The position numbers were made by a program, and so were the translations under genes. DNA of 64,000 nt from Neophaeotheca triangularis (lineage: Eukaryota): NCBI GenBank assembly GCA_054600435.1, contig BAAIJX010000001.1:372001-436000 (forward strand). Direction: 5' to 3'. The notes under the pieces are model-generated. The model ran no database searches. It saw nothing but the letters and a program-made list of their open reading frames with translations, and had not been told where the DNA came from. Positions 34,801 through 47,397 of this stretch are shown here, piece by piece (the stretch's first letter is position 1; every line of letters begins with the position of its first letter).

Positions 34801-35610
34801 ATGGCCACCGAAGCGCAATTGGACCATGTGATCCTCCTACTCCCATACAAAGATATCATCGATCCTCCAGCCTGGCTCACGAACAACTTCACCATCAGCC
34901 CGGGAGGCCGACACGCCGATGGCAAGACCGAAAACAGGCTAATTCTTTTCCGCGACGGCACCTACCTGGAACTCATCGCCTTCATCAATGACGACCCGGA
35001 AAAGCGTCGAGGCCATTGGTGGGACAAACCCTACGGCATCGTCGACTACGCCCTCACAAGCGCCTCGCCCCTCGACTTCAAGGCGCTCAAAAGCCGTCTC
35101 AACGCCACAGACTCCCAAGTCTCCTACCAGGACCCTCTCGAAGGCGGTCGAGAACGGCCAGACGGCACTCGAGTGCAGTGGAAAGTCACCTTCCCAACGG
35201 GCACCGAGCGCGGCACCGTGCCCTTCTGGTGCCACGACCTCACGCCCCGTGAGGCCCGCGTCCCGCTCACCGAGGCCAGCACGACGCACCCGAGCGGTGC
35301 GCTTGGGATGGCCGGCATACGCGAGGCTGTCATAACAGGGCGAGCCGGGGAGCTGGGTCGGGCATTGGCGGCGATTTTGGGGCAGGAGGCTACTGCTGGC
35401 GACCAGGTTCTGGAGCGTGAGTTCGAAGTGGGTGTGCCGCAGAAGGTTGACGGCGCAAGGGCTCCGTCGCTTGGGCTGCAGCGGCTGCCTGATGGGGCGG
35501 AGAGGGGGCTCTTCCTGACGCTACTGCTGCAGGGCACGGATGGAAAAGTGGGCGAGGATATCGAGGAGAGTATTGCAGGCGGCGTTGTGTCCATCAAATG
35601 GACAAGGTGA
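34801..35610 (+). CDS. Glyoxalase-like (VOC superfamily) protein
   Basis: LDHVIL...PGGRHADGKTENRLILFRDGTYLELIAF...GGRERPDG...W...PFWCHDLTPREARVP...HPSGALG. Confidence 0.88.
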   Translation: MATEAQLDHVILLLPYKDIIDPPAWLTNNFTISPGGRHADGKTENRLILFRDGTYLELIAFINDDPEKRRGHWWDKPYGIVDYALTSASPLDFKALKSRLNATDSQVSYQDPLEGGRERPDGTRVQWKVTFPTGTERGTVPFWCHDLTPREARVPLTEASTTHPSGALGMAGIREAVITGRAGELGRALAAILGQEATAGDQVLEREFEVGVPQKVDGARAPSLGLQRLPDGAERGLFLTLLLQGTDGKVGEDIEESIAGGVVSIKWTR

Positions 35611-36594
35611 ATGTTGGTGAATCGGCAGGGTTGCTTTGTGCAATGTCTGCCGCCGAAGCTCGGTTCCGATCGGGCCGGAGAGGAGGTGCGTATTCCTGTC
35701 GACGACCGGGATGCCGGGCCTGTCCTGCATTTGCGTCTGCAACGTAGCACCACCTGTTGGCTTACATCATAGCGATGGCCAAAAAGTATCCTCATCCACA
35801 GGGCCTTGTGCAGCTCAGCTGCACAGAAAAAAGGTTCTGGCTTTTCAACACAGTTACACCTCTTCCCTATTGAGAATGACACTTGCATCTGGGGATGCAC
35901 GCACGTTGCACCACGGCGACCGGATCGCAAATCGATAATGCACGTCGACATCATCAAACAGCTGGCACAAGTGATTGTCAAGATGTCCGTGTTTGAGTAA
36001 CAACGGCACAAAGGGCGGAAAAGTGGAGTGGTAAGACTGAGAGAAGTCGGCGCACACTGAGAAGATTGTAGGTAAAATTCATTCTGCTAGTGAATCACTG
36101 CAAATGGGGGTATCTGTTGATTATTACATAGAGTGGGAAGTCGCTTCAAGGCCACCAAAAAAATAGCGATGAAACAGTTTCCGTTCCCACTCATCGCAAA
36201 GCGAGTGTCATCGCCTCTTATTCGCAAGCCACGCCCAGCGAGAAAAGGCCTCAAGCCCTGCCAGCGCAGCCCTGCAAAAGAGGCCCATGCAAAGAAAAAG
36301 AAAAACAAAGAGCGGTGCAGTCGGCCATATCATGCGGCGCAGAGCGAGCCTTTCCTTCTCGCTCGACCGCTGTCCGAATGAAAAGCAGAGGCAAAAGCAA
36401 AAGCAAAAGCAGTAGCGAAAGGTGTTGTTTGAGCGCCCGGTATCCTTTTCTCCCAGATGTAAACGCCGCCCGTATAATGCAGATTGGTCGCAGATTGCTC
36501 CGCTGGTGCTGAAATCTAATGGCAGCGCTCTTTTTTGGTGAAAGCCCCCGGTAAAACCCTAGCCAGCTGTAACCCACCCCAGCCGTTGTTTTTT

Positions 36595-36654
36595 CTACTC
36601 CCTGAACCCAAACGCCGGTATATCGTCTCGAAGAACGAAGAGTGTGAGGTCCAT
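36595..36654 (-). CDS. Candidate 19-aa micropeptide MDLTLFVLRDDIPAFGFRE
   Basis: Context ACAACA-ATG-G, directly preceded by a CAG acceptor at 36661 and GCTCAC at 36694-36699. Candidate donors GTAAGT at 37121 and GTGAGT at 37487. Lies in an otherwise gene-free region. Confidence 0.45.
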   Translation of the reverse strand: MDLTLFVLRDDIPAFGFRE

Positions 36655-37231
36655 TGTTGTCTGCGGTGACGGCGGCGGCGGCGAGCTCGGAGGGTGAGCA
36701 AGGTGTAGCGGCGGTGACGATGGTAAGCGAGGGTGATGTGGTTGGAAGGTGAAGAATAGACCGGAAGGGGGTTAGAGGTGTAAAAAGCCGCTGAGAACGC
36801 TCAATAGGGTATTATGCATGCCGAAGGAACCGAAGCCGAGGAAAGATGATCGCTAATAAACAAACATGTCGACAAAGTGCAGCGAGGAGGGTGATTAGGA
36901 TGTCGATGTAGCGCGATGCAGTAAGAGCGGGAGATAAGCGTGCGCTGTGCAGAAGAGAGGTCAGCATTTCGCATTCGCTGTCAAATTATTCATTAATATT
37001 ATTGCCCATGTCAAGCTTGATTTGGCGTGTGGAGAGAGCTCTGGATGGCTGCAGCGAGGCTTGAAAGCTTCCCCTGTCCACCGGACAGCCTCGGTGCTTC
37101 TCGGCCGGTAGTGGAACTTACAGGTAGGATATGCAGTATCCTTGGACATGGCAATTCCTCGTACCTTTTTCCAGCATGATTGGTCGCTACTACCCAGCAT
37201 GTCATGTGTGGTGAGAGAGAGTATGCTGCGA

Positions 37232-38880
37232 GTGTGTGTGTGTGCGTGTGTGTGTGTGCTCTTCTCCCCTTCATCGCCTTTTCGGTGGTGGAGGCTTGGG
37301 CTTCGGTGTGCCCGTCGTGTCGTACGCTCCGCGGCCCATGTTCAAGGCGGATTGTCCGTCTGCTCTGTCTATCATTGTGTAGTGGCTGGAACGGAGAGTC
37401 AGTCGAGCGCTCGTCAAAGAGCGAGGAAGGGAGGACGACGGCACACTTATGCGAATGGAATGCGGCGTCGCACAAGGGTTGACTCACTTTTTGTTCTTCG
37501 CAAGGGCAATCGATTGCTTGGTTGCTGAATCGGGGTGTAGGACAAGCAGAGCGGAGCGAGAGAGGCTTGCTTGAAGGCGGGTGGCAGTGGTATTGGTGTC
37601 GCTGTCGCTGTCGCCGTCGCCGAATATTGGGATTGCGCGCGGGTGGAGGATGTAGTGGTAGCGGTAGTAGGTGGTGCTTTGGAATGCTAGCAAAATTATT
37701 TGCTGGACAGAGGAGTGCAGGCTCTCGTAGTACCGACGAACTGGCTGGCTGGCTGGCTGGCTGAGTGAGGTATAGGTAGCAGTAGGTAGTAGTCTAGTCT
37801 GATTGAGAGCGAGTAAGGAGCGACGAGGGTGAGGTGAGGTGAGGTGAGGCAAAAGTTGAAGGGGAAGAAGAAATGACAGAGGGTGGGTATGTGTGGTGTA
37901 AGTAATATGGCTAGAAATACAGACGGCGACGGCGACGGCAACGGCAGACCCCTGGCAAGCGAAAGCAGACGGGCCTCATCAGAGACAGGCTACAGGCTAC
38001 TACAGCACAACAGCACACGTCAATAATCTCAGGTTGGTTTTGACGGCCGAGCCCTGCACTGGAACTGGACGACCTGACGCAACGGGCATCAGTGCGCCAG
38101 GACGGGGAGGAGGTTTGAAACATGCCTACCTAGGAATCTAGGGACCTCCTTTACCAGCAGCGTCACCGTCGCAGCACCCGACCCTTGCATGAGAGCCGGG
38201 TAAGGTATCCATTGATTGACTAGTACCCAAGGTATGTAGGTAGGTAGGTACTAGGTACCACTGACTGATTGATTGATTGATTGATTGAGTGAGTGAGTGA
38301 TTGATTGATTGCGCCTGACAAGGAGGAGACGGTAGTAGGTACCTACCTTAGCTAGGTAGTAGGGACGTCCATCACCAGACAAGGGGGTAACAAAGTTCCA
38401 AGGTTAACCTAATCGCCGGTGCACCAAGCGGGACACGTCCGACCGGCGACGCCCTCCCGTCGCTTACTTCCGCTAACGCAGGAACAGCCTTCTAGCGGAC
38501 GATTCAGAAAACGGCGGTGCATACTATGTATGTATGTTGGTATGCTCATGTCCTGCCGTTTGGATGGATTGTTGCAAAACGGGCTGCTTAGCTTGTTTCG
38601 AATCCTTCTTTGACTTTTTGCTTTGTGTACTGAGTAGCAGCAGTATTGTCCGTCTGTCTGTCGGATGCTACCGGTATTGATTGCCTGATCGATTGATTGC
38701 TCGTCTACACACGCAAACTGTCTACTTCCGCAACGGGCATACCAACAGACTCACGCCCTGTCTGTCTGTCTGTCCGCCTGTCCACCCTGTCTATCTGTCT
38801 GTCTGTAAATCCGTCGTCTGTCTGTCTAGCCTTCTATCTGTCTGCCTTTCCGTCTGTCTGTAAACCCGTCGTCTGTCTGT
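37232..38880. repeat. Cluster of simple sequence repeats
   Basis: (TG)n ~37232-37258, (GGCT)n ~37741-37762, (GTGAG)n ~37829-37848, (GATT)n/(GAGT)n ~38265-38310 and degenerate (TCTG)n ~38758-38880. Confidence 0.9.
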
Positions 38881-41800
38881 CCTTCATCAATCGAAATACA
38901 AGGCAAATTGGTGCACTGACTGTGCCACAAAAATGTCTCGCTCGCATCCTCGGCTGAAATCAAAGTGCACACCTTTTTTAGGCAGAACTTTCGCACACAT
39001 GGTCTTACTAGCATCAGTGTGCGAAAAGGAAATACCGGCTGGGCACGCCTCACACTACAATCCCAGTCACTTAACCCGCTCTGGCACCCTCTTCGTCACC
39101 GTGCGAATGTTCGACCACCCGGGGGGGCTAGAAACATGCCAGAAAGCTGACGGAACGACTATTAGGGGGGGCGAGGGGGAAACGAGGGAGCTTCAGCTCT
39201 CGTTCCGGCCGCCGCGAGTCCGCGACAGATGAGATCTGCTCGTTTGAAAGGAGCCGGGGTGCGCGCTAAAGGCTCCACGGAAATGGGCGCCGGAAACAGT
39301 CGTTTCTGGCGTCGAAGCTATGCCACAAAAAGAATAAGGTACCTATTACCTACTACCGAGGACCCTGGTGCACTCCAGTAATTTTTGGCTCCCCAACCCT
39401 CGTGTTTAACCAAGGTACGTACAAACACGGCAATGGCTCCCGAAAAAACACAATCAAGGCCCGGCCTCGGTTCAACATAGGTCGCTACTACTTTGGTCCA
39501 CCAAACCGATATCCAACTTGTTGACTCGAGCAGAAGATTTCAAGACACGGCTTTCGTCACAGGTGCGAAAAGTAGGGCGCGCATTGCAGCAGCCCTAGTT
39601 CGCGTCCGGCAGCGTCTCTGTTCCCGGCGACCAGGAACAGGGAGAAATAGGAGTGCCAGGGCTGACGCAGACGACGAACCGCGCTCGAAAAACTGACCAT
39701 GTTTCAATTCCTTCTAGAAAATCAATTTCCGATGGCCTGCAACTCTCTGCTCTCTTCCCCCGTCCCCGTTTATGCCGGCACTGAAGAGCCGCATGCGCTT
39801 TCCCAAATGAGACTCGCGGGCCTGTAGAGCTAGGCGGACTATACTCCTACTCTCTCTCCTATGCTTGTCGAAGGCCACAGCCACAGCATCGCTGGGCAAC
39901 CGTCGAGACAAAAAGTGACAGCATCATCAGACGTAAATTTGTGACTCGGGCTGGCCCAAAACAGTCTGTCGCTGTCGTTTGACAGGCACTTGGCTTCTGC
40001 CAAAAACAGCTTTGGTGTCTCTCCCTGTTTGGGTGTGCGCGACCGCGATTACATCGTACCAACAGAAATCACCACAGACGCCTCTTCCGCTGTTTGCTTG
40101 GTCGGGGAATGTTGTTCCAGATTGCTCCCGCAACGGCCGCTTACAGCAGTTCGCAGCCGACTGTCGCTACCCGTCCTACGTGCGTACATGCTGCTGTCAC
40201 ACCTGTCGGAAGACGGGAGTCGTAATGTTGGGAAAGTGACACGGCATTGATCGGATTTGACAGATTTTGTCCCTGGTCTCACATGAATGTGTGTTTTCCT
40301 CGTCGATTCGGCAACGCGACTGCGTCTTTCTAACCGACGCATCGCAATCGCGATCAGCAGGCTGATGAAGCGTGCGAAAAAAAAAACAGGTGAAGATTAT
40401 TAATGTGTGATGATCGTCAACCGATCTCAATCACCAGGCGAGGCTAGCGGTACACGGGGGGGTCCCAATGGGTCGAAAAGAACCCTGTCACCACATGGTC
40501 ATTTTCGGACCAATGTCGATTGTTGACAGCTCGCTGGGCACCATTCTTCGGCCGAAAGAGCCGGCGCACTAGCGGCACTACGGTCGGTCGCTCGTCACTA
40601 ACTGCTTCTTTCTTCCAAGGTCTCCTTCCTCCACCCGCGCCTTCGTCTGTCGCACGGCTTTGCTCGCTTGCTCGGTAATCATTAACACACACATACGCAC
40701 GCACGTACACAAACGAGAAGAATTGGCCAGATGATGCCGAGGAGCAGTCTACAAGCAAGCTTTCCGACGATTGACAGGCATGTTGGAAACGGCGTCGCGA
40801 TCGCAGCGCGCAATAATAATAATACCTACTTTATTGTCGGGAGGTAATGGAATTCACCGTGTGTTGTCCACGCATTGCAGCTAACGCGCATCATCATTGT
40901 AAACCTCCCTCACGTCTTCGATAGCAAGAAACGTAAATAATCTCCACGAGAGTTGTAACATCCCAAACACCCATCACAGTAGTGTTCATTATGGATTCCA
41001 CGCTCAAGTTACTGTAAGAATCCAAGTTCAAAGTCAAAATCAAGTCAAGTCATCAAGGTTTCCCCCCGACTGAAACAGGGCTTTGGCAAAGCAAACGGGC
41101 TGCGACAGAGTTCCTACAGTCTTCCAACCATGCGCTTGACTCGATGCGAAACATGGCAAACCTGTAGTCGTCGTGATGTAACCAATAGCCCGGTCGGAGG
41201 TGTTTGGTGTGTTGGTTTTGGACCTTGGTTCACCGTTTGTCTTGGCGCGAGAGTTGTTTGATCTGGCTTGTCTCGTGGACGAGGGCGAGTGTTTGGGAAT
41301 CACTTCTGTGGAGTCTGCGTGCCAGAATGGATACAAGACAAATCAGGGACGATACCTGAACTGTAGTACGGAGAAGTCTGTCAATGTACAGCGCACTTGG
41401 GAGGATTTGTGCAGTTTGGACAAAGTTAGACTACTGCCACAGCTAACTATGTAGCCACACGATGAATTCCGCGCAGTTGCGACGCGTCAAGGACAACGAG
41501 CAGCGGCAAGAAGTCACCAAATCAATGGCACCTCCAGCCCTACTCTAACCTACTACTACGCACAAAACTGCTGCCGATATCATAGCAGCGAAGCCGACCC
41601 AAATGGGCTCTCCCAAACTTTCTACTCCCGCCTGTCAGAGTGGTGTTGAAGTCCGCCCATTATATTCCAGAGCTTCTTCCCTTCAAACTTCCTCGCTGAC
41701 CGAACCGGACTGCATCGCGTGAAACTCAATCGTGCTCAAGCATGACGCTGGTGTGGCGCCTGCGAGCTCATTCTCATCGTTCCACTTCCATTGACTATCG

Positions 41801-42262
41801 GTTCGTTGCGGCCGCCCTGGGTGTCGCTGATGAATTGTAGGTCATCGGCCTGTGTGGCGCTTGTACAATAAATTGTTCCAAAAGGTATTAGTGTTGAATA
41901 GAAAGTCAAAAGTATAGCGGCCTGTCAGCGGCTTTCCAGAGTCCAGGAGTGTGTATCGCAGCAAGCTGTTTCAAGTCATGCGCAACAAGCATAAGTTCGC
42001 CAATAGGAATCTGATGTGGTGTTGGGTGTTGCAAGATCGTAAGCGTCGATGTCGTGTAGAGGTGTAAACGCCACCCATGTCAGTCCAGGTCCTCCCGGCG
42101 TCAGCACTTGACAGTGCCGGGGGGCTGGTGCCCAGTGTCGTTCGTAAACAAGAGTCGGAGAGAAGAGAGGGGGGGTATCACTGTCGTTCCGCCAAAGAGC
42201 CTGCCCTCCAGGCCTTGTGTCCCACCAATGAAGCATTCCCATAATAACGCCTGAGATGGGAT

Positions 42263-43426
42263 CTACATGGAACCCATCTTCATCAATGCTGCGACAGCAT
42301 CTCGCTCTTCCGGCGTTGCAAAAGCCGGGTCGAGATTGTTGCCGTGGGGTAAAGAACTAGATTGAAAAGGTCGGTCAGGTATCGACAGTCCAGAAGGTCG
42401 TCGGCTGTATGATCTTGAAGGCCAACGGGTGGTAATCGGTATCGCAAGCGCATTGTAGTTCTTGCGCGGAGCATCGGGAGGGGGCAATGAAGCCTTCCGC
42501 AATGCGGCCATGCCAACAGCAGCCCAGTCTTCGTCTTCAGTGGCGCTGTCAGATGTCTCTGAGCTTTCGTCGTCGAGGTTGCGCTCGTCCAAGGACATCT
42601 TGTCGGCCTCATCTTCAGGCACGTCCATGTCCATGTCTAGCTCATCCTCTTCGCGAAGACTCGAGGCCGTCCAGCTGCCACCAGAGTGCTGGTCGCGATA
42701 GCCAGCCATCTGTCGAGGTGCAGGCATGTGCACGCCTGACTCGCTGAAAGAATGGGCGTAGCTGCCGTGCTCGCTGCGAGGGGGCGACATGTGGCCTTCG
42801 TTGAAAGACCCTATCGCCGAGTCCTTGGACGATACCTTGAAGTGAGCATCCCAGCGCCCCCATCCAGTCTTGCAAAAGGCAACGTTGCCATCCACTCCGC
42901 CGCCGCTACGGTTCTCAAGTGCAGCGACCACCAGGCGACGCGCCTTGGCGGGTGGGATGCGCGAGAATCCGGGGACGGAGTGCGTTAGCTCGCCCATCAC
43001 ATAACGGATCGGCTTAGGACCGTGGCCCAGCATGATGCCAGGCAGATGGTGCTTCGCCAACATGGCCGGCGTGATGACCGCAGACGCGTCCAAGCCAGAC
43101 AAGGCGCCTTTGCTAAGCGGCGTGGCAGAAGGCTGGACCTGTGGGTCGGGTTGATTGTCAACGGTCCCATGCTCGACGACATCCTGCATCTCCATCTCGT
43201 TCCCTATGTTGATCATTGGTGGCGACGAAACCGTCTTCTGCACGGCGTGAGCGGCCAAATTCGGCGAGACGGAGTCGGGTGGTGTTAGCATTGCCTGGGC
43301 GTGCTTCTCCACAGCCGCGGCGTGGAAGCGCTGGCCACCAACGCTGTTGCTGTCGCGCAGCTTCGGAATGTTCATGGAAGGGGTTGGCGAGGCATATGCC
43401 ATCGCGTTCGTTGAAGCCTGAGCCAT
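42263..43426 (-). CDS. STB3: Sin3-binding / RRPE-binding protein Stb3-like
   Basis: ITPAMLAKHHLPGIML.HGP.PIRYVM..L...VPGFSRIPPAKARRLVVAALE...F.KTGWGRW, TEDEDW and terminal EERDAVAALMKM. First in-frame ATG after a probable 5'-UTR intron (~43458-43567) is at 43426. Confidence 0.88.
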   Translation of the reverse strand: MAQASTNAMAYASPTPSMNIPKLRDSNSVGGQRFHAAAVEKHAQAMLTPPDSVSPNLAAHAVQKTVSSPPMINIGNEMEMQDVVEHGTVDNQPDPQVQPSATPLSKGALSGLDASAVITPAMLAKHHLPGIMLGHGPKPIRYVMGELTHSVPGFSRIPPAKARRLVVAALENRSGGGVDGNVAFCKTGWGRWDAHFKVSSKDSAIGSFNEGHMSPPRSEHGSYAHSFSESGVHMPAPRQMAGYRDQHSGGSWTASSLREEDELDMDMDVPEDEADKMSLDERNLDDESSETSDSATEDEDWAAVGMAALRKASLPPPDAPRKNYNALAIPITTRWPSRSYSRRPSGLSIPDRPFQSSSLPHGNNLDPAFATPEERDAVAALMKMGSM

Positions 43427-43825
43427 GAGGATCGGTTTAGTGATCAGGAGAGCTTTCCTTTGGTGGGAATGAGTCAGCTGATGTTGATCTTTGTGTTGGG
43501 TTTGGAGACGACGCGGAAAGCCGGATGGTCGCTGCATGAGAATAGGTAGGAAGATGACGCGACTTACTTGACTCTGCAAGAAAGCTACGAGATGCAAAGG
43601 CGGCGGCGTAGTCGACGACAACGACGCGATGAGTGGTAAGATGGCGAGCTTCCGGAACCGGGGGCGGGCTTTGAGCTGGAGGCTGATCGCGACGGAGTTG
43701 GACGGGGCGAGGCGGATCGTCGAACGAGAAGGACGCGTGTGGTGCGGACGAAAATGGGCTGGTATGGTGTGATTCTGTGCTGTCTGTCTTGGCTTGCTGT
43801 TGTTGGTAGTGATTCTAAGGGCGAG

Positions 43826-43878
43826 AAGGAGGAGGAGGAGGAGGAGGAGGAGAGGAGGAGAGGAGAGGAGAAGGAGGC
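43826..43878. repeat. (AGG)n purine tract (CT-rich on the STB3 coding strand)
   Basis: About 9 AGG units followed by degenerate AGGAG units upstream of STB3. Confidence 0.85.
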
Positions 43879-45957
43879 GGGTTAAGAGGGCAGAGCCATG
43901 GCCACAGCAGTAACTAGTGGTGTAAGTTGTTAGTACCTCCTCCTCCTCCTCCAGCGTGCTCCAGGCTAGGTAAGGTACCTCGATACAGTACAGTACAATA
44001 ATAATGAGCTGAATGACTGGTGTGTCGCGCCTTCAAGCCAATCATTTCGGCATGCGCCAGAGATCCGACGACCTCGACAGTTCCAAGATTACGCAGTCGA
44101 TCCCGATGCCCTCCGCAAAAATGGGGGAGTCCTTCCGTTCCCGTCTTGTTACTAACTTGGAATAACTTGAAGCCACAACAACTGCGCACTTGTCCCACGT
44201 TGTTCGCCTGAGTGGCGCTCGAGCATCTACAGTCTACAGTCTACAGTCTACACTATAAAGTCTACACTATAACCTCTCGTGTCCACTACTACCTAAACTT
44301 ACAGACAGTCGTCGTGAAATCAAAGCCAGACAGGCCGGACTTCATCGTGCCCTCGATACCGCGATATCACTGGTCTTCCTCTCGTATCTTTGTCGTACCT
44401 ATCTGAGTATGTAGTCCTGACCGCGCGAGACGATACATTTCTTACGCTTATCGCGGCCTCGGACCCAACTCCCCAACTAAGGTTGTCTTCGTGCTTCCTA
44501 TCGAAATTGTCAGCTGGTGCGGTGCCGAGCCTCGCAAACCCAAACTCCACCAAAAGGAAGGGCAAATGTCTCTCCGTTCTCCGTACCCCGACCGACGCAG
44601 GGCACTCACGAGAGCTTCCCCTCCATCCCACTATCGTTATTGAGTACCTTACTAATTATCCCACAGTAGTATCATTAGTATGACTTCGTAGGTACAGCCC
44701 ACCAGTTTGCAGCTCGCTTCAGTATTTCCTGGTTTGAAAATATGCACATAATCCGCTTTCACGTGCAGTAAATCCTGCTGCAGACCTATCGCGCGACGCC
44801 ACCTCCGTATGTACTAGTACTACTGAGCCATCACGGTGGATGTAAGGTAGCCTGCAGACTCAACTCCGCCGACGCGACGTATGATGTATCCCACTCGAGG
44901 CCCCCACTCGCTGCCGTCCGAGCAATTTTGGGTGAAGCCCACCTTCCAGATAGCCCGAGACTGCTACTGCCTGCAAGCTGCACCGTGAGCCGAGGAAGCT
45001 GAGAGATACACGGTACAAGTACCGCTCTCGACATTATCGCTGCCAAGTGGAACCAGGCTGCAATAGAACGCTCGCCTCTCTGCACACGAATACCTAGGCA
45101 CTCGATTTACGAACAGCAGTCTCTTGGTATTTCTGCTACTTCTTCTGGCAATACCGACCCGCCAAATGCGTTGGCCATCCTCTTTCCCTGCACGCGTAGG
45201 TCGAGAACACACCGAGTGCGGTTCTTCACCATTAGAAAACGTGGCCACGACCGAGACGCAGAGCAGTGAGGAAAGTACGTAGCCGATCGGTCCAGACGCA
45301 AGGGACGTCCCACGTTGATTGATGGATGCCTGTGGCAGTCGTTCACATTGTAATCCAAGAGGTGAACAGTCGGGGAGGGTTCTAGGCGGGAGAACGAAAC
45401 GAGTGACCACCGTATTCCACGCCGGTAACACCTAGGAGTGTTTCAAACCCGTTTCTACCGTAGTAAGGAGAGGCCTTTTTCCACGGGCGACGCAGTATTG
45501 GCCTGTCCCAGAATATCGTCAGTGTCCCGGTAAGTCTCCTTTCTTCCTCTTCACTCGACATACAGGGCAACTAAATCATCGGCGCTGCCGTGATATTTGG
45601 CAAAAACGACGCAGTCGCCTGTCGGGTTGAAAGAGCTTGTGCGAGTCTCGTCATTGAGGTGCGACTTGTTACCGGCTACCTGGGTATGTTTACACATGTT
45701 GCTCGATGTGAGGCACCTACCAAGTATAAGTACCTACCGTAGGTCAGTAAGGTAGGTAGGTGGGAATGCATCTGCACTCTCCAGCCAGCTTGGGGTTCGA
45801 CGTGGTAGAGGTGACGTCGGGGGTTTTCCAAGAGCTAGCGGGGGCGTGCCTTCCCTTTCAAGCAACTACCATGGACGGATGTAGCTGAAGACAAGCTACC
45901 TTAAGCTACCTACCTAGGTGGTTTGGTTTCACTTCACCTCCTCGAATTCACGCCACG

Positions 45958-47316
45958 ATGCCTACCTTCAGGGGGATCGATGTTTCGCTACAGTCACAGT
46001 TCGGTCAGTCTGTCCTGTCCTGTGCCAGCCACTCAGACCCACGCTAACCACCTTTCCAAGATGCTCTTAAGATCCCCGAATACCTCCCCGGATCGATGCC
46101 AATCAGCGAGAAGCAATCACCCCAGTCCGGCGGCAGTTTCAGCTCCTTGAAGATCTCGCCGTCAAACACGACCATCAGGCACACTCCACCCAGCGTTGAT
46201 CTATCCATCCCCGCCTACCCGGGCAGCCAATTCTGGATCTGCTACGCCTGCACGCCGCCTGCCTTGGACTCCGGCATTCGGTACTTTTACTTCAAAATTC
46301 TCTGCAAAGGCGAGTGCATCGCTTCGTGGGGGGTGGGTCAGCGGCAGGACTGGTGTGGGAAGACCATGTTTGTGCTCCGTGATGGCGGCAAGGATGGATA
46401 CGGTGATCGCATCAAAGAGAAGCAGGGGTTTTTCTTCCCACCATTCGGGTACCAGGGAGATCTGGAAGGTGCGTTTTTGGAGCTGCAGGTGTTTCGAGCA
46501 AAGGCGAGACGCCGCGATGTGGTGAGATACGAGAATTTACAGCATCCGGCAACTGCTGGAGGAAATTTGCGGTAAGTCGTTTCTTATCACTCGTCGCCGC
46601 TGTAAGCTAATGAGTGACACAGTCTCACGCCTATCGGCACGGTCAAGAAAGGAGAGCCTCAGCGCATGTACGAGTATGCGCTCAAAGACCCTATCGACCG
46701 ACCGTTCGTGACCATAAGATACAGCTGCCGCACAAATGGTGAGCGAAACAGTCCCTCCGAACTCTTTGTTTACTACTAACTCAAAGCAGAGCAGCTCGAT
46801 GAGCTTGACTGCACAGCCTCAGAGCCTCCAACACCACCACCGCACTCCAATGAAACGAGCCCATCCAATCGCCAGGAACCGCAACCCGACGCATCAGAAG
46901 AGAAACTCAGCGCCATCGAACCTCATCCAGCTCACCGGCTGACCCGCAAACTCTCCTTCCCACCAAGCCAACAATTCGTCCCCTCGTCCTCAACCAACGA
47001 GCCTTCTTCGCCACAAAAACAACAAACTCCTTCCAAAATGAATACCAACTCTCCCGTTGACAACAACTTCAGCACCGCCGCGGCGAGCGACGATGTTTTC
47101 GTGAGCACTGAGCGCACGATTTCACGACACGATTGGGCCACGGAGACGCTGTCGCCCGTCGAGCCTGCGAGTGGGGAATTCGTGGGTATGGGCTTGTTGT
47201 CGCCGCCAAAGAAGACGAGGAAGGGGTCAAAGAGTCTGTTGAGTGGGCTGGTAGCGAGCGCGACGCGGAGGAGAGGCGCTCGGTCTACTACGCCTGAGAG
47301 CAGCAAGGCGGCCTAG
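45958..47316 (+). CDS. Hypothetical conserved fungal protein (DUF7918-like), 4 exons
   Basis: Introns 46004-46060, 46572-46622 and ~46739-46788. Product MPTFRGIDVSLQSQFDALKIPEY...IPAYPGSQFWICY...YFYFKI...IASWG...LELQVFRAKARRR...YEYALKDPIDRPFVTIRY. Confidence 0.8.
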
Positions 47317-47397
47317 TGGAGAACAAAGGGAAGGGTATTCGAACGGGGAACGGGCCGACTATGAATTGGTATCGTGCGCTAGGTAAATGTACATGTG

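Noticed and set aside
29913..35610. m-AAA protease, nucleoside hydrolase and glyoxalase-like genes as a functional cluster
   Set aside because: The functions are unrelated housekeeping ones, with no backbone enzyme, transporter or shared motif to suggest a cluster.
35124..36011. 295-aa Cys-rich minus-strand ORF
   Set aside because: More than half is antisense to the glyoxalase-like gene, it starts at a non-ATG codon, and it has no family motifs.
38581..38610. TTCGAATCC resembling a tRNA T-loop
   Set aside because: No flanking T-stem, acceptor stem or D-arm could be formed.
37232..38880. Repeat arrays as CRISPR-like or transposon-derived
   Set aside because: Units are 2-5 nt SSRs with no repeat-spacer structure, TIRs, LTRs or transposase, in a eukaryotic context.
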